Positions 48,595 to 58,683 of a stretch of 64,000 nt of DNA are shown here, piece by piece; position 1 is the first letter of the stretch; every line of letters begins with the position of its first letter. Where the stretch lies: positions 50,077-114,076 of the forward strand of contig JAUNGG010000004.1 of assembly GCA_030524635.1 (NCBI GenBank), given 5' to 3'. Source of the DNA: Lachnospiraceae bacterium (GTDB lineage Bacteria; Bacillota; Clostridia; Lachnospirales; Lachnospiraceae). The translations under genes were made by a program, and so were the position numbers. The notes beneath the pieces were generated by a model. The model ran no database searches and had not been told where the DNA came from. It was given only the letters and a program-made list of their open reading frames with translations.

Positions 48595-49677
48595 TCACCA
48601 AATGACGGAAGATGCAATCTCATATGCCTGCAGCCGCTGCAGCTGATTCACAGTATCCTGAATCTTCCCCTGGACCCGGAAGGCCTGAAGCTTGCGCTCT
48701 TCATGGGCCTTCCAGGCTTCTAAAGAATGCGTGCATTTCAAAGCAGAGCGCCGGAAGCGTTCTTCCAATGAAACCGGCCGCGTTCCCAAAACCAGCTTAT
48801 CCGCCAGAAATACTACCGCCGCCTCATCGATTTGCTCCGCCTCCAGATGATGGTGCTGCCGGATGATAACCGGCAGCCTTTGGCCGGATAAAATCTCAGC
48901 GGTTTCTCTGGCCCGCGACAGAGGGCTGGCATATACAGCTGTGATCGCAGGACTCAACGTCTGAAAATATTGTCTCAGGGCTCTGGCCTGCCGTCTCCCG
49001 GCATCGTCCAACACCAGGTCTGTCCGTCCGATACAGCGCTTTCTCCCGTCGGGGAACTTTACCTTTCCATGACGGATCAGATAGATTGTCCGCATACTTT
49101 CCTTTTTCTTTCGGCGGCTCCACTCCAGCAGGGCATGGTACTCTTCCTTTGTATCCACATCCCGGCAGACAGCCTCATCTTCTACCATCAGTTCCGTAAC
49201 CGCAGCGCCAGAATTATCAATCGCTCCCCGCAGTCCTCCTTCTCCCTGATACCTGCATAATCGGGCAGCCAGATCACTGGCTGCAATGATCGGATGCCCG
49301 GCCGCTCCTCCATACCAGGGGCGAACTACATCTCCCTCTGCCTGTATCACCTGAAATAAGGTTTCTGGTGAAATCGCTGGGATATCCATAGGCATGATCA
49401 AAATTCTCCTGCATTCTCCAAAGATCTCCCGGATTCCCAGACAAACGGAATCAAACATCTGATTTTCTCGAAACCTCTCATTTCTTACAAACCGAACTCC
49501 GGTGTGGGAAAGATGGTCTTCCAGCTCTCTGGCCCGATATCCGGTCACGACTACGATGGGCTTAATCTTCAGCTCCTTCAGCATCCTTACAATATGCCTG
49601 GAAATCGTAGATTCCCCAAAAAGGAGCACCGGCTTCCATTCCCCCATTCTGGAGGAAAGCCCGGCTGCCACCAGCAC
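48595..49677 (-). CDS. mocA: Fusion of MocA-like molybdenum cofactor cytidylyltransferase with a histidine phosphatase (His_Phos_1) domain
   Basis: The N-terminus AAGLSSRMGEWKPVLL matches MocA/MobA-like NTP transferases. The C-terminus IYLIRHGK has the RHG phosphoglycerate-mutase-family motif. Apparent GTG start. Confidence 0.6.
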   Translation of the reverse strand: MLVAAGLSSRMGEWKPVLLFGESTISRHIVRMLKELKIKPIVVVTGYRARELEDHLSHTGVRFVRNERFRENQMFDSVCLGIREIFGECRRILIMPMDIPAISPETLFQVIQAEGDVVRPWYGGAAGHPIIAASDLAARLCRYQGEGGLRGAIDNSGAAVTELMVEDEAVCRDVDTKEEYHALLEWSRRKKKESMRTIYLIRHGKVKFPDGRKRCIGRTDLVLDDAGRRQARALRQYFQTLSPAITAVYASPLSRARETAEILSGQRLPVIIRQHHHLEAEQIDEAAVVFLADKLVLGTRPVSLEERFRRSALKCTHSLEAWKAHEERKLQAFRVQGKIQDTVNQLQRLQAYEIASSVIW

Positions 49678-49835
49678 GGCTCCTATCTGTTCTATAACTA
49701 CTGCCTTCCTTCTATAAAAAGTTACATATAATGACTACCATAATCCGAAACGTTTCTCCGATATCTGACAAAATATCAAAATCCGGCAGAATGCGCTGTA
49801 CACATCCTGCCGGATCATCGTCACGATACCGCTGC

Positions 49836-51158
49836 TTAAAACAATATGTTAGAAATTACCGCGATCACCGGCACCGCAATCACGGTGCGGATAATAAAAT
49901 GCAGCATCAGTTCTGGAAGCTTCATAGAAAATTTTGCCCCCAACATTGCGTTTCCTGCTTCTGTCATAAAGATAATCTGCACAATAGAAAGCAGGATGAC
50001 GAAAAATACACTCTGCGCCGCCACGCCGGAGCTGACAGAGATAACAGGGAGGCTGACCTCGATAAAGCCTAAAAGTACAGCCGGCGCCACACGAGCAGCA
50101 TCTGGAATTCCCAAAAGCCTTAAAACCGGCGCAATTGGATAACCCAGCCAGGTAAACAGCGGAGTCAAATGAACCAGTGACAGTGTAACAATTACTATCG
50201 GAATCATATAGGCAATGATTCGCTGTGAAAACTTTAAGGAGCTTAACAGGCTGTCTGTAAACGCCTTTGGCGTAAATTCCCTGGAACGGATCGCTGCTGC
50301 CTGAAGAGCCTTTTGAAACCGGGAGCCTTCTGCGCTGCCGGAGGGCTTTTTTTCTGCTGCGCCGGCCGCATTCACCTCCAAATAATCATTTTTTGTTGTA
50401 GAGATCGGCGGAATCCGAACCATAATGATGGTCATCACGATCACCATCACAAAGGTCAGAACCAGCATCGTTCCATACATCTCATTCAAGCCGCCAAGGG
50501 AACAGAGCACACCGATATACCCTACTGAAATGGTAGAAAAGCAGGTGGCTGCCGCTACAGCTTCTCTCCGGCTGTAAACGCCGTTTTCATAGTATTGGTC
50601 CGTCATATATACGCCGACTGCCGCACTGACTACATAGGAAGAGAGACAGTTCACAGCCGCCGCCCCCGGCAGCTTAAACAGCGGACGCATCAGTGGCTCT
50701 AAAAGAGTTCCCACAAACTCAACAATACCGGATTTTAAAATAAACACGATAAACCAGCCGCAGATCGACACTGTAAGCATTACGGTGCCAGCCAGACTCA
50801 ATATCTGACCGCCGATCCTCTCATCTGAAAAAATAGCTGCCGGCGGAAGCTGGAACCACACAAACAGCACTACCAGGAATGCAATCACATAATGAATCAG
50901 CTTTGAGTTTTTATCATCCGCATGAAGGCGCACACACCAGTCCAATTTTAACAGCTTCGCCCCTGCAATCGTCCCCATCAGGGCTGTCAGCATCAGAAGC
51001 ACCACATACTTTAAATAATCTCCCAGTGCTGCTTTTACCAAATTTACCAGGATTACAACCGGGACCCGGGAGCCATCCACTGGAATAAAGTACAGAAAAA
51101 TTCCGATTATACTTAACACAGCAAATCGAATCTGATCTTTTTTCGTTGTCTGTTCCAT
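49836..51158 (-). CDS. YjiH-family membrane protein (nucleoside-recognition / Gate-domain-like permease)
   Basis: 440 aa polytopic protein. Paralogous to the next gene: both share LLGIPDAA ... LGFIEVSLP blocks. Confidence 0.55.
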   Translation of the reverse strand: MEQTTKKDQIRFAVLSIIGIFLYFIPVDGSRVPVVILVNLVKAALGDYLKYVVLLMLTALMGTIAGAKLLKLDWCVRLHADDKNSKLIHYVIAFLVVLFVWFQLPPAAIFSDERIGGQILSLAGTVMLTVSICGWFIVFILKSGIVEFVGTLLEPLMRPLFKLPGAAAVNCLSSYVVSAAVGVYMTDQYYENGVYSRREAVAAATCFSTISVGYIGVLCSLGGLNEMYGTMLVLTFVMVIVMTIIMVRIPPISTTKNDYLEVNAAGAAEKKPSGSAEGSRFQKALQAAAIRSREFTPKAFTDSLLSSLKFSQRIIAYMIPIVIVTLSLVHLTPLFTWLGYPIAPVLRLLGIPDAARVAPAVLLGFIEVSLPVISVSSGVAAQSVFFVILLSIVQIIFMTEAGNAMLGAKFSMKLPELMLHFIIRTVIAVPVIAVISNILF

Positions 51159-51212
51159 AATAATTCCTTTCCCTAATTACGCAGGAGATAACGGTACCGT
51201 ATCCCGCCGTTG

Positions 51213-52526
51213 CTACCTGCTGAAATATACAATGTGCGTTACACCGGCAACCAGCGGCAGAGCCACTGCTGTCCGGATCAAAAATATCTGGATCAGCCTC
51301 CAGGCATTCAGAGGAATTTTAGAACCTAATATGGCATTGCCTGCCTCTGAAAAAAAGATAATCTGCACGATTGACAACAGCGCTACGAAAAACCGTGTCT
51401 TTGCTGTCGCTGCCGTACCTCCGATCAGGATGCTGGGCAAACTGACTTCCACGATTCCGATCAAAACAGACGGTGCTGCCGCTGCTGCATCCGGAATCCC
51501 TAAAAGCTGCAGCACTGGAACCAAAGGCAGCCCCAGCCATTCAAATACCGGTGTATCATACACCAGAATCAGTACAATCATAACCGTAGGGATCATGACC
51601 CCAACGATTTTTTGTGCAAATACCAGCGCCTGGAAAAAGCTTTCCGTTACAAAGGACAGAGAAAATTCTGACGCCTCCTTTGTTCCAATCCTCCAGGCTG
51701 TCTGGATCCGCTCTTTCCAGTTCATGGCATCGCTGCTTTCTCCTGGGCAGGTACCGTCAATATATCGATCTGCCATTCCCCGCAACGGCGGGATCCGGAC
51801 CATCACTGTTCCCATCGCCAGCACCAGCACAAAACTGCAGCCCAGCAGATGACCATACATTTCACTGATTCCGGACAAAGACGCGATAATACCGATATAG
51901 CCCACGCTGACCACGGAAAAGCCAGTTACCAACGAACAGGCCTGCCGCACCGTATAGCGTTTCTTGATGTAATACTGCTCGGTGAAGTAGACGCCAACAG
52001 AGGCAGATGAAACAAAGGAAGACAGAATATTCACCGCCGCTTCACCAGGCAGGAGAAACAAAGGCTGCATCACCGGTTCCATCAGCACCGACATAAATTC
52101 TACCACACCAGAACGGATGATAAATACGGTCAACGTTCCTGCTACTGCAATCGTAATGAATACGGTAGACCCCAGATTCAGAATCGTTCCTCCGATATTA
52201 GGATGAACCATAAAGGAAAGTTTAGATCCGCTTATTTTCAGCAGCACAATAACACAGCTGACCGCCCAGAAGACCGGCCTCACCTTTCCCTGGTCGCCAT
52301 ATGCTTTCTTCAGCGCAGGAAACGGCAGAATCCAGGCGCACGCCATCAAAATTACCAGGCTGACGCAGGATATGACTGCTACCCATTGAAACCATGTGCC
52401 CAGTCCGGCCTTTACCCCGTTGATCATGTGGACCACTGGAATCGTTCCTTCATAAACTGGTACAAAAAATAAAAGTACACCGATCAGACTTAAAGCTGCA
52501 AACCGCAGCCCATTTTCTGCTTTCAT
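51213..52526 (-). CDS. YjiH-family membrane protein, paralogue
   Basis: 437 aa with the same architecture as 49836..51158. Confidence 0.55.
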   Translation of the reverse strand: MKAENGLRFAALSLIGVLLFFVPVYEGTIPVVHMINGVKAGLGTWFQWVAVISCVSLVILMACAWILPFPALKKAYGDQGKVRPVFWAVSCVIVLLKISGSKLSFMVHPNIGGTILNLGSTVFITIAVAGTLTVFIIRSGVVEFMSVLMEPVMQPLFLLPGEAAVNILSSFVSSASVGVYFTEQYYIKKRYTVRQACSLVTGFSVVSVGYIGIIASLSGISEMYGHLLGCSFVLVLAMGTVMVRIPPLRGMADRYIDGTCPGESSDAMNWKERIQTAWRIGTKEASEFSLSFVTESFFQALVFAQKIVGVMIPTVMIVLILVYDTPVFEWLGLPLVPVLQLLGIPDAAAAAPSVLIGIVEVSLPSILIGGTAATAKTRFFVALLSIVQIIFFSEAGNAILGSKIPLNAWRLIQIFLIRTAVALPLVAGVTHIVYFSR

Positions 52527-52619
52527 CTTTTTTCCCTCAGCCTTTCTATTCCCGCCGACATCTGGCTGCCTTGTCTTGCTGTCTTTTCTTCTTATGCCCG
52601 CACACGTTCATCCTGCACA

Positions 52620-53462
52620 TTACCGGTTCTGTCCCAGCCGCTTAAATGCATCCATCACCACGCCTCTGGAAGCAAACACCTTGTAATCCCGGTCAAACTC
52701 CTTTGGTGTGATTTCCATGATCAGATCAGAAAGCATCTGCGCTACATCCATTACGATTTGCTCATTCAATGCCTTTCCCTTTATAAATTCCTCCGCTTTT
52801 GTAAGGCGCACCGGCTTCAGCGAGATGGCACCTGCCACAAACCGCATTTCCTTAACGTAGTCTCCATCCATTTCGATTCCTAATGCAACTCCGATCCTTG
52901 CAATGGTTACCTTCTTCCGGAATCCCAGCTTCACAAAGGAACTGATAAAAGACGGTCTGGGCAGAAGGATCCGGGTGATGGCTTCATTACAGGCCAAAGT
53001 CGTCCGGCCAGGACGTTCAATCACCTGATCAATGGCTGCTTCCCGCACACCCTCCGGTCCAGTTATCTCGATCATGGCATCATACAGGTACATGACCGGA
53101 ATCAGATCGCCTGCCGGGGATGCATTTCCAATATTTCCGCCGATCGTACCATTATTTCGTATCTGGAGAGAACCTACATCAGAAGCGGCATCCACCAGCG
53201 CCGGAAAATATTTCTGGATATCTGGATGATTCTGCATCTGCGTCATAGTCGCATAAGCCCCGATGGACAGACGGTCCCCCTCCCATTTAATTTCCTTTAA
53301 TTCCTTAATATATCCCAGATAGCAGAGTGCATCCGGCTTGCAGATACCCATATTTAGCCGGATGATCAAATCCGTTCCGCCGCCGATCAGCTTGCTGTCC
53401 TTCGTCAGGCAGCTCAGACTCTGCTGCAGCTCTTCCATATTTGATGGGGTATAGGATAACAT
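52620..53462 (-). CDS. Molybdenum hydroxylase FAD-binding subunit (CoxM/XdhB-like)
   Basis: 280 aa with an FAD_binding_5-type sequence (LIGGGTDLI). Confidence 0.8.
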   Translation of the reverse strand: MLSYTPSNMEELQQSLSCLTKDSKLIGGGTDLIIRLNMGICKPDALCYLGYIKELKEIKWEGDRLSIGAYATMTQMQNHPDIQKYFPALVDAASDVGSLQIRNNGTIGGNIGNASPAGDLIPVMYLYDAMIEITGPEGVREAAIDQVIERPGRTTLACNEAITRILLPRPSFISSFVKLGFRKKVTIARIGVALGIEMDGDYVKEMRFVAGAISLKPVRLTKAEEFIKGKALNEQIVMDVAQMLSDLIMEITPKEFDRDYKVFASRGVVMDAFKRLGQNR

Positions 53463-53463
53463 A

Positions 53464-53925
53464 TCAGGCTCCTTCCTGAGCAGTACGTTTTACCGCTCTG
53501 ATAATCTGTGTGTATCCGGAGCACCGGCAAATATTGCCGGACAATGCCACCCGGATCTCCTCCTCCGTTGGATGTGGATTATGCATCAGCAGTGCCTTAG
53601 CCGACATGATCATGCCGGAGGTGCAGTAACCGCACTGGATCGCTGTTTCCTCCACGAAATTCTTTTGAATCCTGGAAAGCTCTCCATTCTCCTCCAGTCC
53701 CTCGATCGTCAGCACACTCTTGCCTTCCAGCTGACAGGCCAGCACCAGGCAGGAGTGAACGGCCTCTCCATCGATAATAACGGTGCAGGCTCCGCACTCG
53801 CCTTCCCCGCACCCCTCCTTCGTTCCGGTCATATGCAGATCCTTTCGAAGCAGATCGATCAGTCTTCGATCTGGTTCCGCCTCTACGCTCTTCTTCCTTC
53901 CGTTCAGCGTAAACGTAAGCTTCAT
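53464..53925 (-). CDS. Molybdenum hydroxylase (2Fe-2S) subunit (CoxS/XdhC-like)
   Basis: 153 aa with two Fe-S cysteine clusters (CGEGECGACTV and CGYCTSG ... CRCSGY). Confidence 0.85.
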   Translation of the reverse strand: MKLTFTLNGRKKSVEAEPDRRLIDLLRKDLHMTGTKEGCGEGECGACTVIIDGEAVHSCLVLACQLEGKSVLTIEGLEENGELSRIQKNFVEETAIQCGYCTSGMIMSAKALLMHNPHPTEEEIRVALSGNICRCSGYTQIIRAVKRTAQEGA

Positions 53926-53927
53926 CT

Positions 53928-56183
53928 CTATGCGTCCTCTCTTTCTCTCAGATAATTCACGATTACATCCGGCGATAAGGGAATGCTGTCCATATCGCTG
54001 TCCAGTGCATGGTTAACTGCCGATACCACTGCTGCCGCTACTGGTGTATGGCAGACCTCACCAATAGATTTTGCTCCGTAAGGTCCTTCTGTACCGCCGT
54101 CCTCGATCAGTTCTACCTTCACATCCGGCGCCTCAAAGGAATTTAGCACATGATAATCTTTTAAACTGTTGGCAGGCTTTCCGTTGGCTCTGGTAATCAC
54201 ATGCTCGCTCAGAGCGGCCCCGCTTCCCATGGTGACTGCGCCTTGTACCTGGGCTACACACATTTCCCGGTTAATAGCCTGGCCGATATCATGGACAGCC
54301 AGATAATCTAAAATCTTTGTCATACCGGTGTAAGTATCTACCTCCACCATAGCAAAATGAGCACCGCCCACGCCCGGATTAGATTCCGGAATATATTCAT
54401 AGGAAACAAATACCTCATGCTTTAACACCTGCTGTGCCTGATCTGCGATCTGGCTCCAGGTATAACAGATCTGCGGATCCGCTGCAGAATGGACCGTCTC
54501 TCCTTCCACTACCAGCTCCTCTGCCGGCACACCAGACAGAAGTGCTGCATCCTGACGGAGCCGCTCCTTGAACTTTCCTGCACATTCTACCGCTGCCCGC
54601 CCCTGTACATAGGTGGTACGGCTGGAAAAGCATCCTACATCCAAAGGTGTATACATTGTGTCGCCTTCTCCCACCAGGACCTTGCTCAGCGGAATTCCCA
54701 GCGCCTCCGCTGCAATGATTCGAAAGGCCTGCACAGTGCCACATCCATGGTCGTGAAGGGTCAGATTACAGGAAACGCTTCCTGTTTCTGCCAGACGCAT
54801 ATCGACTCTCGCATAATCTGTTTTCGACGGATAGAAGCTGTTTACATGAGCGCCGAAGGACATGCCTACTCCTCGCTTAAACCGCTTATTTCCTGCATTA
54901 AATTCCTGAACCTCTTTCCTGCGTGCATCCCAGTTAAAATGCTCCCGTCCCTGGCGCAGCGCTTCCTCTGCCTTGAAATTACCGATGGGAACTCCGCTCA
55001 GCGGATCCACATCTCCCAGATGCATCACATTTTTGATTCGCAGGTCTACCGGGTCGATTCCCAGCTTCTTCGCTGCCATGTCCATGTTGTGTTCAAACAT
55101 CACGGTTGCCTCCGGAGAAGTCCAGCCGCGGAAAGCGCCGCTGATGATGGTATTCGTTAAGACTACCTTAGGACGGACTCTCAAGTATGGATAATGATAG
55201 GCCCGGTACATCTTGTGCGGAATCGTCTTTGCATAATTAATAGAATTTCCCAGATATGCACCAGCATCCAGCATAAAATCTGTTTCGATTCCCATCAAGG
55301 TCCCATCCTTCTGGAACGTAAAGGTACTGTCAAAATGGAATGGAGCTCGGGAATAGGTAGAAGCGATTGTTTCATTTCGGTTATACACCAGCTTCACCGG
55401 ACGCCCTACACGCAGCGCAGCAGCAGCGGCAACCGGTTCCAGCACCCATTCCTGCTTTCCTCCGAAGGAACCGCCCATAGTTGTTTTGATTACCCGGATC
55501 CGATTGTAATCCATGTGGAAAATATCTCCTAAGACTGTACGTATTCCGTACACAGTCTGGTTCGGCGACCATACGGTAAGCTGGCCGCTGAATGGCTCGT
55601 AATCCGCCACACATGCGTGTGTTTCCATGCAGATATGATTAACCCGTGACAGATCTGTGGTCGTATGGATCTCTACCAGGTCATCCCCCTCCGGCTTCTC
55701 CCCCACCTTCACCTCCGGGCAGTCAAACACCGCACCTGTTTCATGAATATTGTCAATCTTTCCGGTCAAGGTATCCTCCATGGTCAGCGAATACGGAAGC
55801 TCCTCATACTCCACCCGGATCTGTGAAACTGCTGCTCTTGCGATCTCCTCCGTCTCTGCGATCACAGCAGCAATCCGGTCTCCCACATATCTCACATGAG
55901 AATTAAACGCCCTGGTGGTGTGGAGCAGATCCTGCCCGAACTGTGTCTGATACTGGTTATACTCGGTATCAATGGTATTAAAGCAGTGAATCACATCCAC
56001 TACGCCCGGCATCTCCAGCGCCTTGCTGCAATCCAGCTCTTTTACTATTCCATGAGGAATAGAGCTGAACAGCAGCGCCATATGAAGCATACCCTTCAGC
56101 TCCATATCCCCTGCATAAACGGCACGCCCTGCCGCTTTGCTGGATGCATCATGAATAGGAAAGCTTTTTCCAACGTATTTCAT
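53928..56183 (-). CDS. Molybdopterin-binding large subunit of a xanthine dehydrogenase / aldehyde oxidase-family hydroxylase
   Basis: 751 aa, xanthine-dehydrogenase-family large subunit by overall length and composition. TAGGAGG RBS. Confidence 0.85.
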   Translation of the reverse strand: MKYVGKSFPIHDASSKAAGRAVYAGDMELKGMLHMALLFSSIPHGIVKELDCSKALEMPGVVDVIHCFNTIDTEYNQYQTQFGQDLLHTTRAFNSHVRYVGDRIAAVIAETEEIARAAVSQIRVEYEELPYSLTMEDTLTGKIDNIHETGAVFDCPEVKVGEKPEGDDLVEIHTTTDLSRVNHICMETHACVADYEPFSGQLTVWSPNQTVYGIRTVLGDIFHMDYNRIRVIKTTMGGSFGGKQEWVLEPVAAAAALRVGRPVKLVYNRNETIASTYSRAPFHFDSTFTFQKDGTLMGIETDFMLDAGAYLGNSINYAKTIPHKMYRAYHYPYLRVRPKVVLTNTIISGAFRGWTSPEATVMFEHNMDMAAKKLGIDPVDLRIKNVMHLGDVDPLSGVPIGNFKAEEALRQGREHFNWDARRKEVQEFNAGNKRFKRGVGMSFGAHVNSFYPSKTDYARVDMRLAETGSVSCNLTLHDHGCGTVQAFRIIAAEALGIPLSKVLVGEGDTMYTPLDVGCFSSRTTYVQGRAAVECAGKFKERLRQDAALLSGVPAEELVVEGETVHSAADPQICYTWSQIADQAQQVLKHEVFVSYEYIPESNPGVGGAHFAMVEVDTYTGMTKILDYLAVHDIGQAINREMCVAQVQGAVTMGSGAALSEHVITRANGKPANSLKDYHVLNSFEAPDVKVELIEDGGTEGPYGAKSIGEVCHTPVAAAVVSAVNHALDSDMDSIPLSPDVIVNYLREREDA

Positions 56184-56189
56184 AGCAAC

Positions 56190-56300
56190 CTCCTAATTTT
56201 ATTATACCAATTTTATTTTTATATCTATTGGTATATGTATAGTGCATATTATAACGCCAATTTTGGTATATGTAAATATATTTTTGGTATAATAATTATT
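56190..56300. promoter_or_regulatory. AT-rich promoter region with repeated TTGGTATA / TATACCAAT motifs (candidate operator sites)
   Basis: Four or more copies of TTGGTATA, including the inverted pair ATACCAAT ... ATTGGTAT, directly upstream of the hydroxylase operon. Confidence 0.3.
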
Positions 56301-56418
56301 TTTTTAACAATAACTTTGAATGATTTCCGTTTTTCCCTCTCCAACTATCAAGCTGTTCGTTATGCATATAAAAATATAACGGTCACAAGGAAACTGATCC
56401 ATATTATGTGCGTTATGC

Positions 56419-56483
56419 ACAAAAAAAAAAAAATAGAACGAATATCTCGAATGCTGATTTTCGATTATTCGTTCTATTTTTTC
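56419..56483. terminator. Bidirectional terminator between gntR and the hydroxylase operon
   Basis: 13 nt A-run, then 12 bp stem ATAGAACGAATA/TATTCGTTCTAT, then a T-run. Confidence 0.6.
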
Positions 56484-56549
56484 CAGCTTCTCTTTAGGCT
56501 GTTATACTATTTATAATAATTATGAATAATTATGTACAATGGCGCATAA

Positions 56550-57275
56550 TTATTCATTTTTCTCTTTGATTCTTCCCTGCCACAAATCTTCATTCGGCAC
56601 CCGGTAGCAGAAAGTATCTCCAGGATGATAGCTCCTGCAGAACATGATCACAGTTCCCTCAGATTCAAATGTACTCTTGATCTGAAGGATGGGGGAATCT
56701 GTTTTCACATTCAGAAGCACAGCCGTATTATGCAGACAGAGCAGCGCCTCCACAGTTTCACTGAGCCGGATCTGCTCTCGTCCGGACTTTTCCTTTACGA
56801 TCTGGTGCAGACTGAGCTGGTAAAAGGATGCATCTACCTCCTCAAATACTGCTGGATTCAAATAAATGTCCTCATATGCATACGGAATCATCTTCATCAG
56901 ACGGATTCTCCTCAGCCTCCAAAAAGCTGTGCCGGATTTCTCTTTTGGATTCAGACGAAGAACCTTAAATCCGTAATTTCCATCGCTACAGAGTCTACAG
57001 CTAATCACCTTGACCGCTATATCCTGCTCGGAATCCGCTGTAATCAATTCCTCCTTGCTCATTTTTGTTTTTGTCAAAAAGGTTCCGCTGCCCTTCTTGC
57101 GAATCAGCAGACCTTCATACATCAGCTCCTCCACGGCTCGGCGCAGCGTCATCCGGTTTATCCCAAGGCTGGCCGCCAGTTCCCGCTCTGGCGGGATCGG
57201 CTCATCCTGCTTGTAGGCGCCGGACTGGATCTGTTCCAGAAGGTAAGCTTTCACCTCCTGATATTTTTTCGGCAT
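56550..57275 (-). CDS. GntR-family (HutC/UTRA subfamily) transcriptional regulator
   Basis: N-terminal wHTH (ERELAASLGINRMTLRRAVEELMYEGLL) plus a UTRA-like C-terminal domain. Confidence 0.8.
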   Translation of the reverse strand: MPKKYQEVKAYLLEQIQSGAYKQDEPIPPERELAASLGINRMTLRRAVEELMYEGLLIRKKGSGTFLTKTKMSKEELITADSEQDIAVKVISCRLCSDGNYGFKVLRLNPKEKSGTAFWRLRRIRLMKMIPYAYEDIYLNPAVFEEVDASFYQLSLHQIVKEKSGREQIRLSETVEALLCLHNTAVLLNVKTDSPILQIKSTFESEGTVIMFCRSYHPGDTFCYRVPNEDLWQGRIKEKNE

Positions 57276-57656
57276 GTAATACCCTCCTTTTCTTGCGGCT
57301 GATTACTCCGGTATCTATCTGTCGCCGAACAGGCGGCATGTATTCAGAGATGCCAAATATGATCGGTTTCTTCACTTTGCAGTAGTTTTTTCTTTGTGAG
57401 CTTACTGCCTTTGCAGTTTTGACAGTTTTCTTTCACATTTCGCCTGTGTTTTTGAATTCTCATATTTCCGTCTGTTTGATATTATGCATCAATCCTTTAT
57501 TCCCAGATCCAGCTCAACCTGGCCTTTTTTTCAGGATCTCCTCCTTAACTGCCATAATATCCTTCTCCAACTTCCGGCATGCCTCATCAATATCCTGAGC
57601 TTTTAATGCCTCCACAATCGCCAGGTAATACATTCCGTGCGATTCCGCGGAGCGTT

Positions 57657-57693
57657 TTCATTACATAGGAGACGAAATCTCCTATGTAATGAA
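57657..57693. repeat. Perfect 15 bp palindrome hairpin
   Basis: TTCATTACATAGGAG-ACGAAAT-CTCCTATGTAATGAA, adjacent to the rpsR terminator. Confidence 0.4.
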
Positions 57694-57722
57694 AAAAGTC
57701 CCCGCCTACACGACAGGGACTT
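57691..57722 (-). terminator. Rho-independent terminator of the rpsF-ssb-rpsR operon
   Basis: Minus-strand stem AGTCCC/GGGACT followed by a 6-U run. Confidence 0.6.
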
Positions 57723-57791
57723 AAAAAATACATATTTTTTATGAGCAAAGCCCTACCTAAATGATCCAAAAGCCCTTATAAAATCGAGGGA

Positions 57792-58058
57792 TTAATCGCA
57801 GGTATATGGCATCAGAGCAATGTGACGTGCTCTCTTAACAGCAACGGTTAATGCTCTCTGATGCTTTGCACAGTTACCGGTGATACGGCGAGGAAGGATC
57901 TTGCCTCTCTCAGATACGTATCTCTTTAACTTGTTTACGTCCTTGTAATCAATAACGCCGTTCTTATCGCCGCAGAATACGCAAACTTTCTTTCTTCTGC
58001 GAACGCCGCCTCTTCTAACCTTAGAAGCATCTGCTCTATCACCCTTATTAAATGCCAT
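57792..58058 (-). CDS. rpsR: 30S ribosomal protein S18
   Basis: Start at [10 protein letters not shown] with an AAAGGAGG RBS. CVFCGDK zinc-ribbon-like motif. Confidence 0.9.
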   Translation of the reverse strand: MAFNKGDRADASKVRRGGVRRRKKVCVFCGDKNGVIDYKDVNKLKRYVSERGKILPRRITGNCAKHQRALTVAVKRARHIALMPYTCD

Positions 58059-58136
58059 TGGTGTTGTCCTCCTTTTCATATTCTGGAACCGCATCGCGGT
58101 CTTGTTATACTGGGCGCCGGGATCCTGCCAAATCCA

Positions 58137-58667
58137 TTAGTTAAATGGAAGGCCCTCATCCTCGACTCCATCTGGAATGTTCATGAATCCGTCGCCGATC
58201 GCACTGGTGGGTGCAGGTCTCTGATTCTGAGCCGGCTGCTGATAGCCATTATTGTAACCGCCGCCATTGTTTCCATAGCTGCTGTTATTGTTATAATTGC
58301 CTGCGCCATAACCGCTCATATCAGATGCCGCGCCCTTGCTGTCAGCGAACTCCTGATCGTCTACAATAATATCAGTGGTATAAACTTTCTGACCGTCTCT
58401 ATTAACGTAGCTGCCAGTCTGAATCCTTCCGGAAATCAAAACCCTCATTCCCTGACGGAAATACTTCTCTGCAAATTCACCTGCACGGTCAAATGCCACA
58501 CAGTTGATGAAATCTGCGGTCTGCTCATTCCCATCCTGATTCTGGCTTCTGCGGCCTCTGCGGTCAACCGCTAAGGTATATCTGGCAATCGCCATGGCAC
58601 GTTCGCCCTGGGAATATCTTAACTCTGGGTCTCTGGTCAGTCTACCCATAAGAATCACTCTGTTCAT
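58137..58667 (-). CDS. ssb: Single-stranded DNA-binding protein
   Basis: OB fold (MNRVILMGRLTRDPELRY), Gly/Asn-rich linker and an acidic tail ending LPF. Confidence 0.9.
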   Translation of the reverse strand: MNRVILMGRLTRDPELRYSQGERAMAIARYTLAVDRRGRRSQNQDGNEQTADFINCVAFDRAGEFAEKYFRQGMRVLISGRIQTGSYVNRDGQKVYTTDIIVDDQEFADSKGAASDMSGYGAGNYNNNSSYGNNGGGYNNGYQQPAQNQRPAPTSAIGDGFMNIPDGVEDEGLPFN

Positions 58668-58683
58668 ACACTCACTCTTTCTA

